Of a stretch of 64,000 nt of DNA, positions 12,801 to 27,085 are shown piece after piece. Each line of letters begins with the position of its first letter. The first letter of the stretch is position 1. The stretch comes from Eledone cirrhosa (lineage: Eukaryota). The position numbers and the translations under genes are program-made. The notes under the pieces are model-generated. The model saw only the letters and a list, made by a program, of their open reading frames with translations, had not been told where the DNA came from and did no database searches. The stretch is taken from positions 76,508,001-76,572,000 of the forward strand of contig OZ024743.1 of assembly GCA_964016885.1 (NCBI GenBank), read 5' to 3'.

Positions 12801-15800
12801 TCAGTAACACATGTTAACTCCTCCAGTAATGTTGAGCTGATCAGTAACACATGTTAACTCCTCCAGTAGTGTTGAGCTGATCAGTAACACATGTTAACTC
12901 CTCCAGTAATGTTGAGCTGATCAGTAACACATGTTAACTCCTCCAGTAGTGTTGAGCTGATCAGTAACACATGTTAACTCCTCCAGTAATGTTGAGCTGA
13001 TCAGTAACACATGTTAACTCCTCCAGTAATGTTGAGCTGATCAGTAACACATGTTAACTCCTCCAGTAATGTTGAGCTGATCAGTAACACATGTTAACTC
13101 CTCCAGTAATGTTGAGCTGATCAGTAACACATGTTAACTCCTCCAGTAATGTTGAGCTGATCAGTAACACATGTTAACTCCTCCAGTAATGTTGAGCTGA
13201 TCAGTAACACATGTTAACTCCTCCAGTAGTGTTGAGCTGATCAGTAACACATGTTAACTCCTCCAGTAATGTTGAGCTGATCAGTAACACGTGTTAACTC
13301 CTCCAGTAGTGTTGAGCTGATCAGTAACACATGTTAGCTCCTCCAGTAGACTGTTGAGCTGATCAGTAACACATGTTAGCTCCTCCAGTAGACTGTTGAG
13401 CTGATCAGTAACACATGTTAACTCCTCCAGTAGTGTTGAGCTGATCAGTAACACATGTTAACTCCTCCAGTAGTGTTGAGCTGATCAGTAACACATGTTA
13501 GCTCCTCCAGCAGTGTTGAGCTGATCAGTAACACATGTTAACTCCTCCAGTAGACTGTTGAGCTGATCAGTAACACATGTTAGCTCCTCCAGTAGACTGT
13601 TGAGCTTATCAGTAACACATGTTAACTCCTCCAGTAATGTTGAGCTGATCAGTAACACATGTTAACTCCTCCAGTAATGTTGAGCTGATCAGTAACACAT
13701 GTTAACTCCTCCAGTAGTGTTGAGCTGATCAGTAACACATGTTAACTCCTCCAGTAGTGTTGAGCTGATCAGTAACACATGTTAGCTCCTCCAGCAGTGT
13801 TGAGCTGATCAGTAACACATGTTAACTCATCCAGTAGACTGTTGAGCTGATCAGTAACACATGTTAACTCCTCCAGCAGTGTTGAGCTGAACAGTAACAC
13901 ATGTTAACTCCTCCAGTAGTGTTGAGCTGATCAGTAACACATGTTAACTCCTCCAGCAGTGTTGAGCTGATCAGTAACACATGTTAACTCCTCCAGTAAT
14001 GTTGAGCTGATCAGTAACACGTGTTAACTCCTCCAGTAATGTTGAGCTGATCAGTAACACGTGTTAACTCCTCCAGCAGTGTTGAGCTGATCAGTAACAC
14101 ATGTTAACTCCTCCAGTAGACTGTTGAGCTGATCAGTAACACATGTTAACTCCTCCAGTAATGTTGAGCTGATCAGTAACACGTGTTAACTCCTCCAGTA
14201 GTGTTGAGCTGATCAGTAACACATGTTAACTCCTCCAGTAGACTGTTGAGCTGATCAGTAACACATGTTAACTCCTCCAGTAGTGTTGAGCTGATCAGTA
14301 ACACATGTTAACTCCTCCAGTAGTGTTGAGCTGATCAGTAACACATGTTAACTCCTCCAGTAGACTGTTGAGCTGATCAGTAACACATGTTAACTCCTCC
14401 AGTAGTGTTGAGCTGATCAGTAACACATGTTAACTCCTCCAGTAATGTTGAGCTGATCAGTAACACATGTTAACTCCTCCAGTAGTGTTGAGCTGATCAG
14501 TAACACATGTTAACTCCTCCAGTAATGTTGAGCTGATCAGTAACACATGTTATCTCCTCCAGTAGTGTTGAGCTGATCAGTAACACATGTTAACTCCTCC
14601 AGTAATGTTGAGCTGATCAGTAACACATGTTAACTCCTCCAGTAATGTTGAGCTGATCAGTAACACATGTTAACTCCTCCAGTAATGTTGAGCTGATCAG
14701 TAACACATGTTAACTCCTCCAGTAATGTTGAGCTGATCAGTAACACATGTTAACTCCTCCAGTAATGTTGAGCTGATCAGTAACACATGTTAACTCATCC
14801 AGTAGACTGTTGAGCTGATCAGTAACACATGTTAACTCCTCCAGTAGTGTTGAGCTGATCAGTAACACATGTTAACTCCTCCAGTAGACTGTTGAGCTGA
14901 TCAGTAACACATGTTAACTCCTCCAGTAGTGTTGAGCTGAACAGTAACACATGTTAACTCCTCCAGTAGTGTTGAGCTGATCAGTAACACATGTTAACTC
15001 CTCCAGCAGTGTTGAGCTGATCAGTAACACATGTTAACTCCTCCAGTAGACTGTTGAGCTGATCAGTAACACATGTTAACTCCTCCAGCAGTGTTGAGCT
15101 GATCAGTAACACATGTTAACTCCTCCAGTAGTGTTGAGCTGATCAGTAACACATGTTAACTCCTCCAGTAGTGTTGAGCTGATCAGTAACACATGTTAAC
15201 TCCTCCAGTAATGTTGAGCTGATCAGTAACACATGTTAACTCCTCCAGTAGTGTTGAGCTGATCAGTAACACATGTTAACTCCTCCAGTAATGTTGAGCT
15301 GATCAGTAACACATGTTAACTCCTCCAGTAGTGTTGAGCTGATCAGTAACACATGTTAACTCCTCCAGTAATGTTGAGCTGATCAGTAACACATGTTAAC
15401 TCCTCCAGTAATGTTGAGCTGATCAGTAACACATGTTAACTCCTCCAGTAATGTTGAGCTGATCAGTAACACATGTTAACTCCTCCAGTAATGTTGAGCT
15501 GATCAGTAACACATGTTAACTCCTCCAGTAATGTTGAGCTGATCAGTAACACATGTTAACTCCTCCAGTAATGTTGAGCTGATCAGTAACACATGTTAAC
15601 TCCTCCAGTAGTGTTGAGCTGATCAGTAACACATGTTAACTCCTCCAGTAATGTTGAGCTGATCAGTAACACGTGTTAACTCCTCCAGTAGTGTTGAGCT
15701 GATCAGTAACACATGTTAGCTCCTCCAGTAGACTGTTGAGCTGATCAGTAACACATGTTAGCTCCTCCAGTAGACTGTTGAGCTGATCAGTAACACATGT

Positions 15801-18503
15801 TAACTCCTCCAGTAGTGTTGAGCTGATCAGTAACACATGTTAACTCCTCCAGTAGTGTTGAGCTGATCAGTAACACATGTTAGCTCCTCCAGCAGTGTTG
15901 AGCTGATCAGTAACACATGTTAACTCCTCCAGTAGACTGTTGAGCTGATCAGTAACACATGTTAGCTCCTCCAGTAGACTGTTGAGCTTATCAGTAACAC
16001 ATGTTAACTCCTCCAGTAATGTTGAGCTGATCAGTAACACATGTTAACTCCTCCAGTAATGTTGAGCTGATCAGTAACACATGTTAACTCCTCCAGTAGT
16101 GTTGAGCTGATCAGTAACACATGTTAACTCCTCCAGTAGTGTTGAGCTGATCAGTAACACATGTTAGCTCCTCCAGCAGTGTTGAGCTGATCAGTAACAC
16201 ATGTTAACTCATCCAGTAGACTGTTGAGCTGATCAGTAACACATGTTAACTCCTCCAGCAGTGTTGAGCTGAACAGTAACACATGTTAACTCCTCCAGTA
16301 GTGTTGAGCTGATCAGTAACACATGTTAACTCCTCCAGCAGTGTTGAGCTGATCAGTAACACATGTTAACTCCTCCAGCAGTGTTGAGCTGAACAGTAAC
16401 ACATGTTAACTCCTCCAGTAGACTGTTGAGCTGATCAGTAACACATGTTAACTCCTCCAGCAGTGTTGAGCTGATCAGTAACACATGTTAACTCCTCCAG
16501 TAGTGTTGAGCTGATCAGTAACACATGTTAACTCCTCCAGTAGTGTTGAGCTGATCAGTAACACATGTTAACTCCTCCAGTAATGTTGAGCTGATCAGTA
16601 ACACATGTTAACTCCTCCAGTAGTGTTGAGCTGATCAGTAACACATGTTAACTCCTCCAGTAATGTTGAGCTGATCAGTAACACATGTTAACTCCTCCAG
16701 TAGTGTTGAGCTGATCAGTAACACATGTTAACTCCTCCAGTAATGTTGAGCTGATCAGTAACACATGTTAACTCCTCCAGTAATGTTGAGCTGATCAGTA
16801 ACACATGTTAACTCCTCCAGTAATGTTGAGCTGATCAGTAACACATGTTAACTCCTCCAGTAATGTTGAGCTGATCAGTAACACATGTTAACTCCTCCAG
16901 TAATGTTGAGCTGATCAGTAACACATGTTAACTCCTCCAGTAATGTTGAGCTGATCAGTAACACATGTTAACTCCTCCAGTAGTGTTGAGCTGATCAGTA
17001 ACACATGTTAACTCCTCCAGTAATGTTGAGCTGATCAGTAACACGTGTTAACTCCTCCAGTAGTGTTGAGCTGATCAGTAACACATGTTAGCTCCTCCAG
17101 TAGACTGTTGAGCTGATCAGTAACACATGTTAGCTCCTCCAGTAGACTGTTGAGCTGATCAGTAACACATGTTAACTCCTCCAGTAGTGTTGAGCTGATC
17201 AGTAACACATGTTAACTCCTCCAGTAGTGTTGAGCTGATCAGTAACACATGTTAGCTCCTCCAGCAGTGTTGAGCTGATCAGTAACACATGTTAACTCCT
17301 CCAGTAGACTGTTGAGCTGATCAGTAACACATGTTAGCTCCTCCAGTAGACTGTTGAGCTTATCAGTAACACATGTTAACTCCTCCAGTAATGTTGAGCT
17401 GATCAGTAACACATGTTAACTCCTCCAGTAATGTTGAGCTGATCAGTAACACATGTTAACTCCTCCAGTAGTGTTGAGCTGATCAGTAACACATGTTAAC
17501 TCCTCCAGTAGTGTTGAGCTGATCAGTAACACATGTTAGCTCCTCCAGCAGTGTTGAGCTGATCAGTAACACATGTTAACTCATCCAGTAGACTGTTGAG
17601 CTGATCAGTAACACATGTTAACTCCTCCAGCAGTGTTGAGCTGAACAGTAACACATGTTAACTCCTCCAGTAGTGTTGAGCTGATCAGTAACACATGTTA
17701 ACTCCTCCAGCAGTGTTGAGCTGATCAGTAACACATGTTAACTCCTCCAGCAGTGTTGAGCTGAACAGTAACACATGTTAACTCCTCCAGTAGACTGTTG
17801 AGCTGAACAGTAACACATGTTAACTCCTCCAGTAGACTGTTGAGCTGAACAGTAACACATGTTATCTCCTCCAGTAGACTGTTGAGCTGATCAGTAACAC
17901 ATGTTAACTCCTCCAGTAGTGTTGAGCTGATCAGTAACACATGTTAGCTCCTCCAGTAGACTCTTGAGCTGATCAGTAACACATGTTAACTCCTCCAGTA
18001 GTGTTGAGCTGATCAGTAACACATGTTAACTCCTCCAGTAGACTGTTGAGCTGCTCAGTAACACATATTAACTCCTCCAGCAGTGTTGAGCTGATCAGTA
18101 ACACATGTTAACTCCTCCAGCAGTGTTGAGCTGATCAGTAACACATGTTAACTCCTCCAGCAGTGTTGAGCTGATCAGTAACACATGTTAACTCCTCCAG
18201 CAGTGTTGAGCTGATCAGTAACACATGTTAACTCCTCCAGCAGTGTTGAGCTGATCAGTAACACATGTTAACTCCTCCAGCAGTGTTGTGCTGATCAGTA
18301 ACACATGTTAACTCCTCCAGCAGTGTTGAGCTGATCAGTAACACATGTTAACTCCTCCAGCAGTGTTCAGCTGGTCAGTAACACATGTTAACTCCTCCAG
18401 CAGTGTTGAGCTGATCAGTAACACATGTTAACTCCTCCAGCAGTGTTGAGCTGATCAGTAACACATGTTAACTCCTCCAGTAGTGTTGAGCTGACCAGTA
18501 ACA
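9823..18503. repeat. 8.7-kb satellite of 40/42-bp units (about 215 copies)
   Basis: Unit GTTGAGCTGATCAGTAACACATGTTAACTCCTCCAG followed by TAGT, TAAT, CAGT or TAGACT. Confidence 0.98.
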
Positions 18504-18529
18504 ATCAACGACAGAAACGACGAAATTTT

Positions 18530-19125
18530 TTGTGGGGAGGGGAAAGTTGATTAAGTCGAGATCAGTGTATTAATGGTACTTTTTTAATATCGACAGCCAT
18601 AAGGCTGAAAGGTAAAGCTGACCTCAGTGGGATTTGAAGTCAGAACGTAAAGGGCCGTAACTCTATGTCATAGAGCATTTTAGTCGAATCTCTCTCAATA
18701 TTACCCCGCTAAAGAATGATTTCTACTATAGACACAAGGCCCGCAATTTGAAAGTGGAGGGAACTCTATTAAATCGACCTCAGTACATTACTGGTTTTAT
18801 TTTATCGACAGCCATAAGGCTGAAAAACAAAGCTAACCTTTGCGGGATTTAAACTCAGAACGTAAAGGGCCCTAACTCTATGCTGCAGATCATGTTGGTC
18901 GACTCTCTATCTATACTGCCAAACCCTATTAAATAATTGTTTCTACTTTTGGGCACAGGCCAGAAATTACCCAGTACATTACTGGTACTTTATTTTATCG
19001 ACCCTGTAAGGATGAAAGGCAAAGTTAACCTCGGCGGGATTTGAACTGAGACCATAAAGGGCCGTAACTCTATGCTGCAAAGCATGGTGTCCAACCTTCT
19101 ACTGGTACTGCCAATCCGCCGCCAT
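18530..19125 (-). mobile_element. Three tandem SINE copies (type A)
   Basis: The core TGAAAGG..AAAG.TAACCTC..GGGATTTGAACT occurs three times. Confidence 0.8.
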
Positions 19126-19213
19126 AACCCTATTAAATAATAAAAGGGTTAAGGAGAAATTGTTTAGGGCTTGTGCTTAGAGTATCAGTTTGTTTTAATC
19201 CAGTTCTGCATTA

Positions 19214-19257
<44 letters not shown>

Positions 19258-19471
19258 ATTGTATATATACCCAATTGTCTATAGTTAGTATTCTTTTCAC
19301 TTTAGCGAATCCGGTCCCTTACGATTTGAACACATATATGTCTATATCTGTGTTCGTTTTTCTTTTATATTCTATTATATTCTATTATAATATACGGCTC
19401 GGAAATATCTCTTTCTTAGAGCTATTTTGTTGTAAGAGACTATTTTGAGTTCCTAACTCAATATATACCTT

Positions 19472-19543
<72 letters not shown>

Positions 19544-19558
19544 CTACAGTTATACGCT

Positions 19559-19800
19559 GGTGTATGGAGTTAGCTATCTGGTGGATGCTTTCCATTGTGC
19601 TATCTTCTAAATTATGTTCATTAGTACTCTCTTACGATATTAATATAGTAATAAGAACACCTCCATAAGAGAGTACTAATGAACACGATTTAGAAGATAG
19701 CACGATGGAAAGCATCCAGCAGATAGCTAACTCCATACACCTGAATATAAATGTAACTGTTGACTACCCTTCCAAACACCTTAACAATAGACTACCAGTA
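19559..19800 (+). mobile_element. Penelope-like reverse transcriptase fragment with an inverted duplication
   Basis: 19636-19800 translates [54 protein letters not shown], resembling the region after YVDD in PLE RT. 19559-19634 is the reverse complement of 19666-19741. Flanked by (TA)n. Confidence 0.65.
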
Positions 19801-19825
19801 TATATATATATACTGGTACAGAATT

Positions 19826-19952
19826 AGCCGTCGAAACGGCTTGAGCTCAGCCGTCGGGGTCTCACTTACTCCTATTAACCACTCTACTACCCTAAGTATT
19901 GAGTACTTTGGTGCGTTATGGTCCACCTGGTTCCTTACCACTTTTCCCTCGC
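19826..19952 (+). mobile_element. Short (TA)n-embedded element (same family as 7238)
   Basis: Near-identical by eye to 7238-7370. Confidence 0.75.
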
Positions 19953-19984
<32 letters not shown>

Positions 19985-20763
19985 CGCGTGTATATATATG
20001 TATTTATATATATATATATATATACATATATGTATATATATATGTATATATATATATATATATATACATATATATATTTATAGAGTATATATATATATAT
20101 ATTATATATCAAGCGTTAAACTAATATATTTCTTCCATGTACTGTGCCGTTTGTTTTGTAAATGTTGTTATTTGTTTATCTTTTACATATATATATATAT
20201 ATATATATATACATACATACATACATACATACATACATACATACATACATACATACATACATACATACATACATACATACATACATACATACAAATATGT
20301 GGTGGTCTGCTTCTTTGTAAGCGAACAGTTGTTGATAAGTTATATATATCAATATAGGCGGGGCATCTATCCACCTAAGTACTTAGACCTTTCTCTTTGT
20401 CTTGTAACATATTATGATACTCTCAGAAGGAAATGCTGGAAATTTGTGTGAAGAATTTACCAACCATTTGTCTTCTTAGAATGAATACAGTTTCAGTTAT
20501 ATTACAATTGTGTGACGTAATAATAGCAGAGAATTTAGTAGCAAAGGCTGAAGAAAGGACGTCTGAGAATGTCTTGTTAAAATAAATAGACATTGTCACA
20601 GATTACCCGAGAAATATCAATGTTTTCGAGTATTTGATACCTCGTCTAACAAAACACACTGAGAGCTTCTTGGCTTGTTTGTTTATTTTTATCATTATCT
20701 TTGTCTATCGTTCACTTGAAAAACATATACATAGACCGATAAAAATACTTCTATATATATACA

Positions 20764-20854
<91 letters not shown>

Positions 20855-20888
20855 TGTACTCTTCGCTTTGTTTTTGTTTTCTGTTTTA

Positions 20889-20973
<85 letters not shown>

Positions 20974-21129
20974 TAGTTCTATACATATTTATACAAACAC
21001 ACACATGCATACATACATATATACACACAAACACATACATGCACACGTGCACACAAACACACACATGCATATATACATACAAACACATACATGTATAGTA
21101 CATACATACACACATATATATATACAAAC

Positions 21130-21420
21130 AGACACATACATGCACTTAAACAAACACACATACACACATATATATACAAACAAACACATACATGCACTTA
21201 AACAAACACACATACACACATATATATACAAACAAACACATACATGCACTTAAACAAACACACATACACACATATATATACAAACAAACACATACATGCA
21301 CTTAAACAAACACACATACACACATATATATACAAACAAACACATACATGCACTTAAACAAACACACATACACACATATATATACAAACAAACACATACA
21401 TGCACTTAAACAAACACACA
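21130..21420. repeat. 52-bp tandem repeat within CA/TA-rich low-complexity DNA
   Basis: CATGCACTTAAACAAAC recurs every 52 bp. Confidence 0.85.
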
Positions 21421-22194
21421 CACATGCATATATTCATAAAAAATCAGACATATGCATATGTACATAGACAGACACACATTCATATATACTTTGAAACACA
21501 CACATGCATAATATACATACAAACACACACATGCATAATGTCAGTGTATAACACGTATATATGTGTGTATGCGTGTATATATACATATATGTGTGTGTAT
21601 ATGTGTGTATATGTGTGGTGTGTGTGTATGAGAGGGTGCATGTGTATATGCATTTATATACATTTATGTGTGTGTATGTGTATGCAAGTGCATATGCGCG
21701 TACACATACATATATGTGTATGTGTGTGTGTGTGCGTGTGCATACGTGTGTGGGAGGGTGCGTGTGTGGGTATGCATGTGTATATGCGGGTATATGTGTA
21801 TGCATGTATATATATATATACATATATGTGTATATATATATGTGTGTGTGTGTGTGTGTAAATGTATATGCGGGTATATGTGTGTGGGTACGTGTACATG
21901 CGGGTATATGTATATGCGGGTATATGTGTATGCGTGTATATATACATATATGTATATATATGTGCGTGTGTGTGTGTGCCTGTGTGTGTATGCGTGTGTG
22001 TGTGTAATAGTTATAGATAAGAAGGCGAGTTGCCCAGAAACAGTAGACTGCACAGACTAAAATACCTGGTGGTGTTTAGTTTCATCCCTCTATTTATTCT
22101 GAACTCTATTCGACTTTGTCTCTCATCATCCTTCCGAAGGTCGGTTAAGCAGATACCAGTAATATACTCATTGCCACAATACCTAGAAATCTAT

Positions 22195-22567
22195 CTCCTG
22201 ATTAGCTTTTTCAAGTTTCACTTGATTAGGGAAATCAGGGTGGAGAGGCAAGTGCTGTCTTCTAGTAAGTTTGTTGAAAGGTGGGTAAAAGTGGCGAGTC
22301 TGGTCCGAGTGAATGGGCCCGCTCTGAGTATGCGCCTGTAGACTGAGAGAGGGCGCTTGCCCTGGTGGTCAGGGTGGCCGTGGTCTTTTGTGTGGTTTTC
22401 GCCACGAGTGACCCTCGGAAGTTTCCCCTCTATTGGGGAATTTTTTGTTGTTTGAATTTTTTTTATATTCTATTTTCTTGTTATAACCTTTTTTACACGG
22501 CCAAAACCCACTTTGTATCGTCCTGTAATGTTTTTCTTCATGTTAGCCCTTGTGGCCAATAAAGAAA
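22195..22567 (+). mobile_element. 5'-truncated L1/Tx1-like LINE 3' end
   Basis: LISFFKFHLIREIRVERQVLSSSKFVERWVKVASLVRVNGPALSMRL* is homologous to the C-terminus of the element at 43771. The 3' UTR ends ...CCTTGTGGCCAATAAAGAAA. Confidence 0.75.
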
Positions 22568-22599
22568 CCATTATATAACTGGTATTTTCTTTCATCATC

Positions 22600-23000
22600 A
22601 GAATGTATGGTCCGGTAATTTCTGGAGAAGTTTTAAACCTGACGGAGCCCATCTCCTCTCCAGGTCTGAACAAAGCAGATTTCTTCCAGAGAAGGATAGA
22701 GAGTTGGAGAGAGGAAGAGAGAAAGAGATATAGAGAAAAAATCGACCTCAGTACAAGACTGGTACTTTTTATCGACCTCGAAAGGATGAAAAGCAATCTT
22801 AACCTCGGCGAGATTTGAACTGAGAGAGTAGAGAGCAGGAACGAATACTGCAAAGTATTCTATCCGACATTGTAACGACTTTGCCAGTTCGCCGCCTTAA
22901 AACCAGAATGATGAAGGCAAAATAGATTTCGGTGGAATTTTAACTCATAATGCAATGGCAAGTGAGGAAATACCGCAAGGCATTTTGTCCGCCGAAGGCC
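22600..23000 (-). mobile_element. SINE type B plus an adjacent partial SINE head
   Basis: Same core and tail as 2825-3140. Confidence 0.75.
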
Positions 23001-23214
23001 TTAGAAGTTAAAATTATATTGATTTTTAGCTTAGGTACGAGCTGAACAATCTCCACCCTGTCTCAACGTCTCCAGTTTGCCCAGTGAGTTCTCTGAATTT
23101 GGATGTAATAGTATCTGCATACCTGGTCCTGACTTCCTTATCCACCAACGCTTACTACTTTATCTTGTAGGTCACCCTGGAGATACCAGTTTTGTGGGCT
23201 TCTTTGGCGCTGAT

Positions 23215-23486
23215 ACTATGAACATGTGGTTAGAATGTCTCAGGAAAGAATCACTGGACAGATTTTAGGGGCAAAAAAACTGGCAGGAGACCCAAGAGTA
23301 GACCCCGAGCAAGATGGTTGGATAACATCCATGAGCTTGGCTGGTCTCGCTTGAAGAAGAAGAAGAAGAAGAAGAAGAAGAAGAAGAAGAAGAAGAAGAA
23401 GAAGAAGAAGAAGAAGAAGAAGAAGAAGAAGAAGAAGAAGAAGAAGAAGAAGAAGAAGAAGAAGAAGAAGAAGAAGAAGAAGAAGA
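23215..23486 (+). mobile_element. RTE-like LINE 3' fragment with a (GAA)n tail
   Basis: Reads HVVRMSQERITGQILGAKKTGRRPKSRPRARWLDNIHELGWSRL and is followed by a long (GAA)n. Related copies lie at 41985 and 52480. Confidence 0.7.
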
Positions 23487-23909
23487 CATGAGATGTATAT
23501 TTTATTAACCACAGACAAACATAAGTTAACTTGTTTGTTAACAATGTTAACTTCGGCAGAATTTTAATGTAAAAAACACCATTAAATTTGGAGGAAGGGA
23601 AAAGTTGATTAAATCAAGCCAGTACATAAGTGGTACCATGACCCGGAAGGACTAAAGGCAAAGTTGATTTTGACGTGAATTATTGTCACTTTAACCATCC
23701 TATTAATCCACTAGTTTGTTTAAATGTATAAATATTATACTTTTACTGATGTCAGTCATTAGAAGGCGGCCATGCTGGAGTGCCGCCTTGATTTAGTAGA
23801 TTATATCGACTTCAGTACTTATATAATTTTTGTCTTGTCTTTGCTAGCGTACGAAATATTAACAATTAAATATATATTTTATTAAGACTTATTAGGGTTT
23901 ATTATATGG

Positions 23910-24132
23910 ATTGGCACTATTGGTAGAGGGTCGGACGCCATGGGTGGTGGATTGGTAGTATGGTAGAGGGTCGGACGCCATGCTTTGACGCATAGAGTTA
24001 CAGCACTTGCCATTCTAAGTTCAAATCCCGCTGAGGTTAATTTTGCTTTTCATCCTTACGGGGTCGATAAAATAAAGTCCCAGTAATGCACTGGGTAATT
24101 GCTGGCCTTGTGGCGAAAGTAGAAACAATTAT
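23910..24132 (+). mobile_element. SINE type A with a duplicated head
   Basis: TGGTAGAGGGTCGGACGCCATG occurs twice, followed by the core and the tail CTGGCCTTGTGGCGAAAGTAGAAACAATTAT. Confidence 0.8.
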
Positions 24133-24529
24133 ATTACAAAAAACAAGTGATAAACAATGTTTTATACTTCTTCTGACAATTATACTTTATATATATATAC
24201 ATGTGTGTGTGTGTGAGTGAGTGTGTGCGCACGCGTGTGTGTGTGTGTGTGCATACATTTATATTGTGTGGCTAACCAATGGGTAGAACTGGTTATTCCG
24301 GTTCGTAAACCATGATGCAATAGTAGGAAAAGCACTCTACGTTATACAACTCATCCATCATTGATATGAAATCCTGTCGCTGGTGCAGAAACGGAGTTAA
24401 ATATTTATTTAAAACAACAGAAGGCAGGACTGGAAATATCCTTTTAAAGTGTTAATATCGCAAAAGATACTTTATATATTACAACATTATAACTGTAAAT
24501 ATATAATATATATATATATAAATATATAC

Positions 24530-26785
24530 ATATATACTATATATTACATTATAACTATATATACTATATATTACATTATAACTATATATACTATATATAT
24601 ATTACATTATAACTATATATACTATATATATTACATTATAACTATATATACTATATATATTACATTATAACTATATATACTATATATATATTACATTATA
24701 AGTATATATACTATATATTACATTATAACTATATATACTATATATATATTACATTATAACTATATATACTATATATATATTACATTATAAGTATATATAC
24801 TATATATTACATTATAACTATATATACTATATATTACATTATAACTATATATACTATATATATATTACACTATAACTATATATACTATATATTACATTAT
24901 AACTATATATACTATATATATATTACATTATAACTATATATACTATATATATATTACATTATAACTATATATACTATATATATATTACATTATAACTATA
25001 TATACTATATATATATATTACATTATAACTATATATACTATATATTACATTATAACTATATATACTATATATATATATACACTATAACTATATATACTAT
25101 ATATTACACTATAACTATATATACTATATATATATATACACTATAACTATATATACTATATATTACACTATAACTATATATACTATATATATATATATAC
25201 ACTATAACTATATATACTATATATTACACTATAACTATATATACTATATATTACACTATAACTATATATACTATATATATTACATTATAACTATATATAC
25301 TATATATATATTACACTATAACTATATATACTATATATATATTACATTATAACTATATATACTATATATATATTACATATAACTATATATACTATATATT
25401 ACATTATAACTATATATACTATATATTACATTATAACTATATATATATATTACACTATAACTATATATACTATATATATATTACATTATAACTATATATA
25501 CTATATATATATTACATATAACTATATATACTATATATTACATTATAACTATATATACTATATATTACACTATAACTATATATATATATATTACACTATA
25601 ACTATATATATATATATTACACTATAACTATATATACTATATATATATTACATTATAACTATATATACTATATATATATTACATATAACTATATATACTA
25701 TATATAATACATTATAACTATATATACTATATATATATTACATTATAACTATATATACTATATATTACATTATAACTATATATACTATATATATATTACA
25801 TTATAACTATATATACTATATATTACATTATAACTATATATTCTATATATTACATTATAACTATATATACTATATATTACATTATAACTATATATACTAT
25901 ATATATATTACACTATAACTATATATACTATATATTACACTATAACTATATATACTATATATATTACATTATAACTATATATACTATATATTACACTATA
26001 ACTATATATACTATATATATTACATTATAACTATATATACTATATATATATTACATTATAACTATATCATCATCATCATCATCATCATCATCGTTTAACG
26101 TCCGTATTCCACGCTTGCATGGGTTTGGACGGGAGTTTTCCCACTTGAGGCAAGAGTGATTGTCTTGCTCGCATAGGACAGTCTGGCAGGTTTTCTACGG
26201 CTGGATGCCCTTCCTAACACCAACCACATTTACAGTGTTGAACTGGGAGGTTTTTACAGTGTTACCTACACGGCCACATTACAGTGTGGACTGTGTGTTT
26301 TTTTTTGTCGTGACACCTACACGACCTCATTTGTTTCGGCCTGGATGTTGTGATACCAACATAACTTTACATTGAAAGGGGTGGTGTGGATGGGGTGGGG
26401 GTAGTGGGACGGGGTGTATTTTGTTAGAGGTGCCTACTGACTGTAGTAGGTTTTACTTTGTATTTAGGTAAGTAATATGTAATGTATATATATATACTAT
26501 ATATTACATTATAACTATATATACTATATATATATTACATTATAACTATATATACTATATATTACATTATAACTATATATACTATATATATATTACATTA
26601 TAACTATATATATATACTATATATTACATTATAACTATATATACTATATATATATTACACTATAACTATATATACTATATATATTACATTATAACTATAT
26701 ATACTATATATATATTACATTATAACTCTATATACTATATATATATTACACTATAACTATATATACTATATATATATTACAACAT
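24530..26785. repeat. AT-rich variable minisatellite (TATTACATTATAACTATATATACTA(TA)n), interrupted at about 26066-26480
   Basis: Direct tandem repetition with a variable TA count. Confidence 0.95.
26066..26340 (-). mobile_element. SINE with an RTE-type tail and (ATG)n terminus inserted in the minisatellite
   Basis: (CAT)n followed by CGTTTAACGTCCG...GGCTGGATGCCCTTCCTAAC. The array resumes after the insertion. Confidence 0.55.
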
Positions 26786-26796
26786 AATAACTTTGT

Positions 26797-27085
26797 CTAT
26801 AGCGGGTAAAATTCCCGAGATCCATGGATGAGTTCTCTCCAGTGGTCTCTGTTCCTCATTATCGCTGCCATGTCCTGCATCTCCAAGAGACGGGCATCAA
26901 CATATGTTAACCTTGGTCTCCCTCTTCCAGTGTGTCCATGTAGGGCCTCCCACAGGAGCACTGAGTGCAGTGTCAACTCTGGGTGTCGGTGAGCATGTCC
27001 AGCTAACCTCAGTCTCCTTTGTGTTACTCTCGAGTTGACTTTTGGGAGGCTCCCGTACAGCTCTGAGTTCTTCATCCTCAGTGTA
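26797..27085 (-). mobile_element. RTE-clade LINE C-terminal fragment
   Basis: NSELYGSLPKV..RRLRLAGHAHRHPE..LLWE..GRGRPRLTYVD..RDHWR. Confidence 0.8.

Noticed and set aside
9823-18503. CRISPR-like array of palindromic repeats
   Set aside because: There are no unique spacers, the units are contiguous, no cas genes are present and the context is eukaryotic. It is a satellite.
20540-20630. CTGAAGA followed by a long hairpin and GAGAAA
   Set aside because: A stem II-like hairpin exists, but stem I and the cleavage triplet cannot be formed. At best it is a very decayed relic.
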